Shown here one piece after another: positions 52,901-64,000 of a stretch of DNA of 64,000 bases (the stretch's first letter is position 1; every line of letters starts with the position of its first letter). The DNA is from Marsupella aquatica (Eukaryota > Plantae > Marchantiophyta), in the NCBI GenBank assembly GCA_973895155.1, contig OZ316896.1:18340754-18404753 (forward strand), in the 5' to 3' direction. The notes beneath the pieces were generated by a model, which saw nothing but the letters and a program-made list of their open reading frames with translations, searched no databases and had not been told where the DNA came from. Both the position numbers and the translations under genes were made by a program.

Positions 52901-53114
52901 CATGATAGTGGCAGAAGGTGAGGTGACAGGGCTGCCAGGAGAAGATAAGTTTCATTGTGCAGATTTTGAAAGCCCTTTCTTGCGAGTGCGTGTGATTGAA
53001 GTGTTTGTAGATGTGGCATTGCCATTTGCCAATTCAGGGGAGAACCAGTCTAAATTATCTGATGTGAAAGGGATGAATGCCCTATGGAACTCTAGATTGC
53101 TTAAGAAGCAATAG
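49947..53114 (+). CDS. CACTA TnpA-like multi-exon gene (exact exon structure not resolved)
   Basis: A chain of short open exons with GT/AG boundaries: YEEARNRNIEHN..LGL, PSGVDPKKWAALVSHF...NKRAR-like/HFGRGG, and a C-terminal VAEGEV...KFH...RVRV...LPF...ALW domain typical of EnSpm ORF2 products. Confidence 0.7.
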
Positions 53115-53464
53115 AAATAGCACTCTATCAAGAAACAATAGACATGATAGAATGACAACTCTGTTTTTCTATAAACATGCAGAGTGATTGGTATGTCAGG
53201 TTGTAACAATTGACAATCTAATATTATTGATGTCAATGTAATTTTGTTTCATAAATTTGCATTGAGTTCAATATTTACCATGAGACTTATGAAGGTATCT
53301 TGTATGAATATCAATTGGATTTGTGATATATATCGAATGTTTCTTTAAGTTTTCATTTAGCAACTCTATTGAATGGCTTTGTAATATATGATTTTTGATT
53401 GACATCAAGTTTTATCTATCATGATCACTTAAATTTGAATTTCTCCAAATCATTGAATACTTCG

Positions 53465-54198
53465 TCTGAATGACTGGCTTGAATGACTAAATGACTGGCT
53501 AGAATGACTGATGTAATGGTCATTATTCACAACTATCTTTGTGACCAATATGACTCAACTCTGGTCATTAAAGACATAGACTAAATGATTCAAAGAATGA
53601 CATATACAATGACCTTTCTCATGGTCATTATAAACAAGTCCACTATGACTCACTTTATGTCATTCAAGACATGTCATTAATGACTAATGCGTATCTTTAC
53701 GTGTCTTCTCCCAATTGAACCACGTGTCTCAATATGACTTGTTTATACTATAGTCATTTTGGACACGTCCAAAATGACCCAAATATATTGCCAAATGGTG
53801 AATCCTCTTTGAACCACGTGTCACTATTTGATTTGTTATATAATGTACGTCATTTTGGACAAGTCCAAAATGACCAATGTTATTTGTTTTTTTATTGCCA
53901 CGTGTCATTGTGTGATTGGGTATGGGGACCATCGACGGTCAACGGCAATTGACCGTCGATGGTGATTTGTGTCGTCATTTTGGACCGTTCAACATTTATG
54001 ACCATATCATAAAAATGGTCATTTAGGATAGTATGAAATGACCACATGTTTTTAGCGTCATTTGTCCAAAAGGACCGTGACCAAAATGTCCGTTGTGACG
54101 TGTCTGGAAAGACGAGAACAATTGCGTCATTGTTTTGTTAAAAAGACCTGATTAATAGTCATTGTTTCGGTCATAAAATACATTGTTTTCTACTAGTG
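53465..54198. repeat. Right subterminal repeats and palindromes of the CACTA element
   Basis: AATGAC/GTCATT clusters. Palindromes gtcattttggacacgtccaaaatgac and accatcgacggtcaa..ttgaccgtcgatggt. Confidence 0.88.
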
Positions 54199-57100
54199 TT
54201 AGAACAAAGTCACTAACAACATTAGAGATGAGAAGCCTTTGCCCACCACAAATCAACAATACTAGCCCCGACTACCCATTATTTGAACGTGAATAGCAAA
54301 GAGTACAATAAAGTGTTATCAAAATTAATATATTCTCTATTCATATTCTTTGAAGGTTAATGAAATGATAAAAAAACCCATCATTTTAACAGGCATTTTA
54401 ATAGTCATATATAATATACCATTCTCCTTTGTATGCAGATACCTCTTTCTATTCACATATGTTTGCGGTGGGGCCAATTATAACAAAAAAACTTGCATGT
54501 GTCAGTTTAAATAGACATGATTTTTTCCCATGCACGTGAGTCTTTCCATGCACATGATGGCCATGAGTTGCTGTCTAGAAGCTTCACTCTAGACCTAGGC
54601 TCTTAAAAGTAAACTTTACTTGGCGTTTTTATAGTAAGATATTGCTCCTGGCAACCTATGTTGAATTGCCAATTGCCCACCATATAACTAATAAAATAAC
54701 CCTACCATTTTTTGTTGCACATACGTGATGTGAAAATTTTGTGGAACAGGAACCTTGCACACACACACACCTATCCTCCACACCCCTTAGACGGGTGTGA
54801 CGAGCGGATTGAACCTTGGACTTAGTACACAGAGTTGAAAAAAACATTAAAGAAATCCATCTTAATTTTCCTGCGCATGCCCTTTTTGCAACAGGTCAAA
54901 AATTATTTGTGATCCAATTGCATTACTTACTATTGTAATTTTGGAAGATGAATGGTTAGGTCTAATCACTTTTTTTTTCTAACCCAAGAAGTAATGTAGC
55001 TCTAACCAAAGCCCTGACCAAATCAGATTAACTATCTATGCATTTCTATACACCTAACAATAGAACTTTGAACTAGGTAGGAATGGGAACAAGGCTTATA
55101 CATATAGACAGAGCAAATTAAATCCTACAACTAGGAGCATCGCACCCACCTGTTCTCAAATAGCTTAAATATCCAAGATGATAGCTAGCCAGAACATACC
55201 ATAACCCACAGAATGACCAAATTTTTCCTAAATTCTGAACGTCTTAGTTTGCTTTCCCTCATGGTTATCCCATTGAATTGAAACTGCTATTATCACCAAT
55301 TTGTACACGAAAGTTGGTACATAATGAATAGTAGCATAAGTCTCGAAATGATAAAAATTGATATTAAAATGATCATATCTTTTTTCGCATGTGGTGTCAG
55401 TGACACTTTTGTGAAAGTGACCCCAAAGAAGAAAACCAAACTGTATATAAATGACAAAAACATTTAAAGTTTCTTTCAGCCAGTCTTTCAGTCCATATGA
55501 AAATGTAAACTCCTGCCTATTATACTAGAATTACACTTGGAATTACATACACGAGCAAATATATTGTTGGAACTCTCAAATTATTCTCATTCTGTAGACT
55601 CAATTTGCAAATGAAAATAGAATAGATTGGCTCTTGTATTTCTTTCTATATCCCCGATCATATATCACTTGAACAATTTGTTGTTAGTCTTTGGTTCCTC
55701 TCTTCTCGATCAAGGTATATTGATGTTTGGTCTCAATCTCATACTTGAGTTTTTCTCCTAGACCAATGAACTTAAAATTGAAGCACTATAATTATTAACA
55801 AACCAAGAAGACCCAATTGGTGGTCTAAATAAAACACATTAAAGTTAGAGTATATAACAGCTTGGGAGGTTGTCGCAAGTCAGCATGAAATAGCACAGCA
55901 ATGTCTGAGCATGTGAATCATTCAAGCTAGTTGTGTCTGAATTATAGTAAGAGCTGTTAAAACTAGCAAACTAAAAATAACCCTGCAAGCAACTTGATAT
56001 TGATTCAACGTACGTACACTAACATTTCAAAATGGTTGGATAATGCATGCATATATGGAGCACATATATTCATTTTTGTGATAATAATTTTTGTGATGGT
56101 TTGTAATTACTTTTACAACTCAAATTTCTTATATAGTATTAATTATATAAGACTCTGCAACAATTTGTGTTTCTTAAAAAAACAGAAATATTTTTTGAGT
56201 GCACAAAAAATACAATATTTCCCATCACAGAGAACTGAAAAACTCTGTTTGATTTCAGCACAATTTAAAGTAATTTCTTACTATCCTATACTAAAACTTA
56301 TGCTCACAAAAAAGAATTACCATCATTCATTTTAAAGCCCACAAAGGCATGACTTTGTGGTAGCTCACTTGAGTAGAGACTGATAGGTCTTGGGTTCAAC
56401 TATTGTGGGCTGACTCTTCCCAACTATTGTGGGGTTTCACAAATTTCCCTTAAAAATTTTTAAAAAAAAAAATACACATTACACAATCTTTGTTCTATGT
56501 TACCCACATTGAAGTAACAATCTTTGATAGTTAGTTTGGAAATCAAGTCCTATATTACTATTTATAATCATATTATTTTTTGCATCATGATAAAATTTAA
56601 TATATTCTTACTTTTATTGTAATAGGATATTTTTTAATTACAAATTCATTGAAAACATGATGTGATTGTCGTATTTTAGAACTACAAATGCTACAACAAT
56701 TTTGTAGAATATTGTGTGAGAGATTCATTGCACTTTTTTGGTTAGTAGCCAATTCATGTCTCGGGCCTGAGGCTCTGACCCATTTTACAAAAGAGAATAA
56801 TAATGCTCAACTTTAGCAAACTGTTCAAACCTATATAGTTTAGCTACAGGTCTCTTCATCCATAATAATCTTTTGAAATTATCACTATATTCATTAAAAC
56901 TGTACTTTTAAAAGTCCATAAGATGAACCCTAAAGTTATTTTTGTTCAGGCCAAATTTCTATTAAAGCATTCCCAAAAGCTAATTTTTTTCAGCCCAAAT
57001 ATACACTTTTGAATGCCCAAAATTTTGTTTTTTTTCACCCAAATGTTTAATAATAACTTAAATCATATATTATAATTAATTTAAAAATTAGAGTAATTTA

Positions 57101-57349
57101 ATTTAGTCCAAAAATCAGAGGCCAATACCACTCAGACCATCTATAAATTAAAAAATATAGATGGTCATAAATCAAGGGTCAAAATGAGATTGACCCACTA
57201 TATAATTATTAATTGTCCAGTCCAGTGAGAGAGCCTCACACTAAGCATATATCCTAATTATTTACTTTATCCTACATGTTCAAAACATATCCTTTCAAGA
57301 CATAATATGAATGTACAATTCAGGGTAGGCACTAGAGCAACCCTATCTC

Positions 57350-58406
57350 CTAATGATCAAGACAAAACTCATTTGAACAAGAAAGTCTGCTTCCTGATTT
57401 ATCATAGCGGATATCACGGTTGCAAGTATCTCTCGCATGGTGGTTCTTAAACTTATTGGTGAGATCCCTAGTTCTGAGAACTTTCCAAATAAAATGCCTT
57501 CTATTTTGTGTATGAGGACCAGAATAGTTGTCTCCAAGTATTACGTTTGCAGTTTCTTCGATCTCATCCATGGTCCACGTCTCCAGTGGTGGGTAATGCT
57601 GCACCTCGTTCTTTCCGTCCCAAGGAATCTCTTCAGGAGTCACATCCAAGATGGTTCCAAACTCCCTATGGATACAACGACAATCTCCCCACTTCTGTTC
57701 CAAAAGAGCATAGATGGCAGCATGATCCTCCTTGCTTGTTAATAAATTGAAAACAGACCACTTTGGATTGTTGACAGTGATATAATGTTGAACGCAGTAA
57801 GCCTTTCTCAATTTGCAAAGATACGGCCATAATATCTCGGGCAAAAAGGTGTCATTTGAAGCTGTGTGAGTAAATGGATTGGGAAACAATCCATTCACGT
57901 CATAATTCAAAAATGCCTTCAATGGAGAATCATCAATAAGAACTGTATTAGAAGCATCATATTTTTTCTGGAAAACGGTCCCAAATGGTTTGCAAATTCT
58001 TCAGAAGTAAATTGGCCTTCCCATCTGTTATATCTGGCCTTTGGATGCAACTATCAAAGGTATCTTCTTGAGTAAAGACAAACTTGAACTTCTGTCGCTC
58101 CTCCTTAGTGAAAATCAACTCCATTAAGTCCATTGTTTTTGGCCTCCTTGCACAGGTCCAAATTGTGACGTCAAAAACCATGAAAGCTGCATATAGAAAT
58201 TCGTGGAGGTATGGGCGCTCCACATACATGAAATTAAACCCTCCACGTCTCCCCCAGTGCACACCACGTAAACTTGTCTGATTTCGCCATGGTCCTGAGC
58301 TTCTGGTCTTAATGCAATCCCAACAAATCTTGTTAAGGTCAAGAACCAAGAGCTTTCGCCGGATCGGAGAGTGTAGTATTGGAGTGAATTCTGGAAACAT
58401 TAACAT
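57350..58406 (-). CDS. FCP1/SCP (NIF)-type HAD phosphatase-like protein, 1-nt frameshift in the A6 run at 57962-57967
   Basis: KLLVLDLNKIC, ERPYLHEFL, VTIWT, KNLQTIW. Removing one A continues as KYDASNTVLIDDSPLKAFLN into ORF 57350-57922. Confidence 0.8.
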
Positions 58407-58744
58407 AAGCCCTTAGTCAATGCGACTCAAAGTTTAAACAATTACTACGGAGGAAAACTCTCAAAATTTGAAATCAAACAAACTTTGTTATAGCATTTGA
58501 AGTAGAGAGGAACGACCTTGGGGCGACCCTCCTAGAAAAACATTAATTACATTCAATTGCCATTTTTTAGATCCAAAGTATACCTGGGTCAAACCCTTCC
58601 TCCAGAGCAACGCTTTCCGAGGGAATGCCAACAAAATCCTTTGAGGAAGGAGATTCTACGACGAAACTTTGGTCTGTAAAAAAGTATATTATTACAAAGA
58701 TAAAGCTTAGATTGTCATTAAAATACCAAGAACCAAAGAATGGG

Positions 58745-61700
58745 CTAATAATTTTCAATGCTAAAATGCCCAAATTCATCTATTGTTTGATCACCTAGAA
58801 CACTCTGTATCTCGGAATTGATACCACTGGGAAGTTGCTCTTCAAAGGATGGGGGTGCAAAAACTGGGCTCAGTCTCAAGTTCAGTTTTTTGTAATCTGA
58901 TTTTGCCATTATCTTTGGAGCATCGTCTAGTGATTCTATCATTCCAACCTTTGGTCCATTTCTCCATATAAAATGAGTTGCAGGACGGACTGTTTTCATA
59001 TATCCAGTCCTGCCGATCTCGGATCCAGAATTTTGTGAAAATGATAATACTACGGGGCTTCCTGTAGAAGCACTTGTAAAAACCAATTTAGTCTCTGATG
59101 AGCAATATAGAGGAGACAGGGGAGGATTTGAAGCACCTGCCTTCTCTTCTTCATTTGCAGCGGTCTCAGGTACTTGACGATCATCCTCCTTTGCAAGCGC
59201 AATGTCTGACATTTCTCCCAATTCTACTACGTCAATATTGCCTAGACCATCTGCGGTTGCCTTCCAATGTGCGTCCGATGTGGACGATGTAAGATCTGGG
59301 TCCGATTGGTGCATCCAATTCTCTACACCGGCAAAGGGATTTCTTGGTGGGTCGCCCTCAGGTCGACCCACAACATCAGCCAACCCCACACCAAAGTAGG
59401 GAATACCTACCACTTGTGTTCCACGTTCATCCAAATTTTGGGTGACCCTGTCGTCTATGTCGTGACCCAATTCTCCTTCCTCAATATCATCTTCGCCCTG
59501 GTCTACGCCTTCTTTGGCACCAACATGCGCGGAAACCCCATCGCGGGCTCTACCAAATTTGGAACCGCCCATCCGGTCACTCATTATGGAAGGAACTTTC
59601 TCGCAGAGAACCCTTCCATATGCCTGAGTGAAATCATATTCATCCTCAGTGTCTGAATACGCAAAGCATTCTCTGAAACACAACAATGACACCTTCATAA
59701 CCTGTCCTCCCGAGAAAAAGTCAAGTATAGTCTCCCCTTCAGCCGAAAAAAATTCAATAATACTCTACAGCATACATTTTGGCTTAGCGTGAATATTCAC
59801 AAAGCCACCTCTACTTCCCACCATCTCAAACATGGGAGCCTTTCGTAAGAAATCTCCAATGTGAAATGCCGAAGTTGACTCAGTCTCTGTCTCCTTACTT
59901 GTCTTACTCTTATTCTTATCTCGCTTCTCCGTCTTGTCTTCCACTTGGAAATCAGGGTCGATCGCCGAATTGTAAGAAAATTGGCAATTAAATCCAGGCC
60001 TGAACACTTGCTTCCAATCAAATTTCTCCTCAGTGGTGATTCCTGCAAAGATTATCTCCTCCATACCACAACTGAAAAGTAAGCCCTCTGGAACTGGTGT
60101 ATCACTCCGTCGATAGCTCCCGTAGTCGACGTGGATGTCCATTCCCTTTTCATGTTGCAATTTCCTAAGGGCACTCAAAATGTTTGCAGCAAGTGGCCTC
60201 GGATGCACAGTCATGACAACAACAATTGTTGGATTTCTTGGAAGATCCACAATGTATTGCAGTAATGCAATAATTTCAGCATCGGTCCAAACATGTTGTC
60301 GGAGCCTACTAAAGTCAACAATGGCAAGAGGACACAAAGGCGAAGGCTCTTGTAGCATTTCCGGCACGGTCGTCTTCATCAAATTCTCACTAAAAAATGT
60401 CAAGAAAGGCTCCGTGCGAGAACGACCAATCCCACCAAATTCTTTACAATACAACCCATCTAGTCTGACCATCAGACTTTGTGGGAAACTCTCCTTGACC
60501 ACATTCTTCTTCAATGAATTGTTGAGGTAAACCTCACCCGCTGCTCTCCTCAATTTTGTCATCTCAAGCTCAGATTTCAAGGAAGGCAACAATATCACCA
60601 GAGACTCCCAAGATGTGCCAACAGGAAACTTCTCACGATACTTTTCCACGAAATAGCCAATAATGATTGTTCTCAATTTGGACATTATCTTGATTGTAAG
60701 GGCCAAGTCTCCCATTGCGACAAGCTCTGATTTGTTGGTGATATCCTTCTTCAGCAAGACACGCTCCTCTTCAACGTTCTTCAAGATCTCAATTATCTGT
60801 TTGCTACTAATCTCTCCTTCAAAGCATCGAAAGGTACCGGGAGTGATCAATTTTGGGGGTCTTGGCCCTCCATACCCACCAGCCCCGTCTTGGAGCTTCC
60901 CACTCAACCATTTTGCACACACGTTCCGCCATAATTCAAAGAGCTCATCTTTGGCAAAAAGTAACCAATAAATGCTCTTTAGGCTTGACTTCCCCATTGT
61001 AACCTTTGCCAGGGCAAACCAATCCTGCATATCCAATGGACTTGACATTAGTTTCAGGGTACAATGCATATGTTAGAAAATTTATACCTATGTTTGAAAC
61101 AGGCTAAGCCGCCTCGCCCCAAGGGCGTGGCGAACCTCTACATCTAACCGCAATTGACTGAAACGGAACTAGGGAATTATTCTTAGAGAGACTAGTCTAG
61201 GTTGCCTCGCCCTGAGGGCGAGGCAAACATTTGCTTTAATCTTCTAACCAAGGAAAACAAGAAAAGGCAGCCTCGCCCTTGGGGCGAGGCAAACCTCTAC
61301 CATTGACAATCTTTAAACAAAGCGGATCAAGAATAGTTTGCGTTGCTCCAACATGTACCTGATAGTTTTTCCTGTCTGTATTTTGATTGGTCCCAATCCC
61401 TGGACGCGACGGTTTCCCGCACTCCTCAAATTGCCTTCGTGCATGAACAATAGTCTCTAAAAAACAAGACTTAAATTGCATAGTATCATTGACAGCATTC
61501 GATAAACTTAAATGCTCAACCACAATTGTCTTCGGAGTGAGGTCAGATAGGATCCTTGCTTTCCTATACTTTAGTTTGTTGGCAAGATCTGTCAGCTTGG
61601 CGTCAGTCTCGGCCCACCCTTGGATCCATTGGGCAGCTCTTGCAGAATGCTGGCCACTGATGGCAAGGAATTGGATCTCATGCTTCTTCACACCAATCAA

Positions 61701-63763
61701 AAACTCTTTCCTATCCTGAGGTGTGTTGTCATAATGAAGCAACTGTTTAGTGCTCTCGCGATACGGAATCAAATCAGCAACTTGTGGTTCCTGTCCAGGG
61801 TTTTTCATCATAGACTTTGATATCTCCATTGCATGCGATGCGAAAGATTGAACATTCGATATACAAAAACGGCCGATGGCGGATTAATACTTTTTACAGG
61901 AATATCAAAAACTTCGCGGATGCCAAAAGTATAATACTGCTCAATATTACGCAAAACCTCTTGGCCTTTGAGCACATCATCTTCTTTGGGTCCTTTTGTC
62001 GGACACATATCATCCTCTGGATGCAAGACAAAGTTTGAAGTCGACCCTGACATTGGTTTTGATTTCGCAACCTTTGCCTTCTTTGTCTGCTTTTTTTGGG
62101 GGCCCTCATTATCTTCATTTTTTTTAGCCATCTTCTTATGGCGTGAACTCCCAGATTGTTTCTCTTGTTGAACAACCGGCTCTTGAAGCTTTCGTTTCTT
62201 CTCTGTCTTTGATTGCGCACTTCTTTCCACTGTCTTCTTTCTCTCCTTTGCCTTATGCTTTGCTTCTTTTTTCTTCATCTCTGAAATCCACGTCCGGCAC
62301 GCGGCCTCTTGAAACTCTGGACAAAAAATGAAACTCTTGTCGATTGCTTGCTTGTATGAAAAATGTGCCTTATCAATCATCCTTTGAACTATCCAAGTAG
62401 ACGGAGGGTCCACACTGTCCGCATTGTCATGCATGTGCTTCTTTACGTAGAGAAATCCAAACACTAGGTCAACTCCACTTATTTGAGAACGCGTCTTCTC
62501 AAACATCTGATCAATTGTTACTCCATCTGGGAAGAATCCCATATCAGCTACGCTTATCTCCAATCGAGCCATCCACTCAACATTCAGTAAAGTCGAGTAG
62601 AGTTTTATTGGCACTAGAAGTCTCATCCACTGAGATTTCTCATTGGACTCAACAATAATCGTTGCATTGCGGTTGTTGTCCGTGTTCACAAGGACGACTA
62701 GACCTAGAGTAACAATTGTCTTGCGGTCATTCAATTGACTTGTGAGGCCCTTGAAACAAATCAAGAGACTGTCTTCCGCCGACACCCCAACTTCTAGTGC
62801 CCATCTAAATCCTGGAGTATCTTGGTCAGGGAAAACAAAGTCCTTGATATCCTCGTCCATAATATTTAACTCCGGCTTCTCAAGATTTTTTCCTGGTAAG
62901 AAACATTGAAAACAAAATGGTCAGCATCATATTTTTAACATTGACATGTGGAAAACTTTCAAGGTGCCTTGCCCTTGGGGCGAGGCGACAAATAGAAGAT
63001 TGCAAAATCTTCTTTGCTCCTAGTGCAATTAGCCCTGCCACCTCATCCAAGAAATCAAACATTATTTAGGAATGCAGACGACATCGCCTCGCCCCAAGGG
63101 CGAGGCAACTTCTAGGAAAGCAAACAACATTTAGGAATGCAGAAAACATCGCCTCGCCCCAAGGGCGAGGCAACTTCTGGAAAGCAGACAACATTTAGGA
63201 ATGCAGAGGACATCGCCTCGCCCCAAGGGCGAGGCAACTTCTGGGAAAGCAGACAACATTTAGGAATGTAGAGGACATCGCCTCGCCCCAAGGGCGAGGC
63301 AACTTCTGGGAATGCAGACTACATTTGAGGAATGCAGACGACATCGCCTCGCCCCAAGAGCGAGGCAAAAAATAGAATATAGCTAAAGATCCTTTATTAA
63401 TGTAAGATACAAGGTCCAATACGCCTTCGGAGCAACAAGAAATCTAGAATGAAGTAGACGTCGCCTCGACCTTGGGGCGAGGCGACTGCAAAGGAATATA
63501 GAAATTTTCCTAATAAGAAGTTTGAAATCCAAATTAAAGTAAAGTTGCCTCGCCCTAAGGGCGAGGCAAGAAGTTGAAGCAGGTGGTGCCTTACGTGGAA
63601 AAGTTAACTGGGCTTTCTTTGACGCCTCCAACGCATTGTTAACCAATTTTTGGACATCCGGGTCTTCAGGGTCATATTCATACAGAGAGTTATAATTGAA
63701 GTTCAATGACTCTTGAGAACTGGCGGAGGTGGTGGAAGCTTCAGAACTGGAGGAAGTAGACAT
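58745..63763 (-). pseudogene. Disrupted ~1325-aa gene: ParB/Srx-like domain plus beta-class N4C/N6A DNA methyltransferase-like domain. Exons 63763-63595, 62892-61359, 61024-58745
   Basis: Both introns are GT-AG and phase-compatible. A 5-bp duplication (61833-61842) and one in-frame TAG (59765-59767) are the only lesions seen. FDIPVKSINPP..YR...FLAISGQHS is ParB/Srx-like. HAKPKCML*SIIEFFSAEGETILDFFSGG resembles MTase motifs X/I (KP..L..II..S..G..VLDPFxGxG). Confidence 0.65.
63065..63368. repeat. ~65-bp tandem array x5, each unit carrying the hairpin GCCTCGCCC-caa-GGGCGAGGC (one stem mismatch in the last copy)
   Basis: Stems start at 63086, 63151, 63215, 63280 and 63346. Dispersed copies near 61110, 61204, 61269, 62966, 63463 and 63547. 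Confidence 0.95.
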
Positions 63764-64000
63764 TGTAAGGGGCGAGTGAGATTTAAGATGACACATGGCA
63801 GCAATGGAGAATGCCATAGGCTGCAAGAGGGCACTAACAGGCAAACAATGATCGAGGGAGCGACCCAAAAGGGAAGGGAGCAAGGCGGAAATAAAAGCCT
63901 TAGAGCGAGGCGGAAAACAAATCCCAAGAGCGAGGCAAAAACAGAAGCCCTAGAGCGAGGCAAGAGGGAGGCAAGGAGTGAGGAGACGAGAGAGGAGGCA

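Larger units (their letters stand above)
35435..54198 (+). mobile_element. Complete CACTA (EnSpm) DNA transposon, 18,764 bp
   Basis: Left end CACTAGAAGAAAACA..TTTATGACC; right end GGTCATAAA..TGTTTTCTACTAGTG (14/15 TIR match). Perfect 3-bp TSD TTA at 35432-35434 and 54199-54201. AATGAC/GTCATT subterminal motifs at both ends. Internal TnpD and TnpA-like genes. Confidence 0.97.

Noticed and set aside
54199-57300. Possible terminus of the element carrying the ParB/MTase-like and NIF genes
   Set aside because: AT-rich sequence with no TIR, LTR or Helitron end that I could verify; the other end is outside the window.
63065-63368. CRISPR-like appearance (palindromic repeat at regular spacing)
   Set aside because: The intervening sequences are near-identical rather than unique spacers, there are no cas genes, and the array is in a eukaryotic intron.

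Overview
Eukaryotic, land-plant-type genomic DNA: GT-AG introns, a plastid-targeted VIPP1, plant-specific genes and plant transposons. A non-seed plant such as a liverwort is plausible but not demonstrated. Host genes in the first 35 kb are an intronless secreted microbial-type GH16 glucanase, an intronless nitroreductase, an L18a-like membrane protein, an intronless VIPP1 and a 4-exon 2OG-Fe(II) dioxygenase. They are interspersed with a DUF3504/Crypton-type tyrosine recombinase relic, a LINE 3' fragment and many short repeats. The dominant feature is a complete 18,764-bp CACTA/EnSpm element (35435-54198; TIRs plus a perfect TTA target-site duplication). It carries TnpD, a TnpA-like gene, a ~578-bp tandem array with a 36-bp palindrome in each unit, and a stand-alone EDM2-like triple PHD module. 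The last ~7 kb hold a disrupted 3-exon gene for a ParB/Srx-like plus N4C/N6A-methyltransferase-like protein, whose introns are filled with a recurring GCCTCGCCC-N3-GGGCGAGGC palindrome, followed by an FCP1/NIF-type HAD phosphatase gene. All family assignments come from motif recognition by eye, not database searches.
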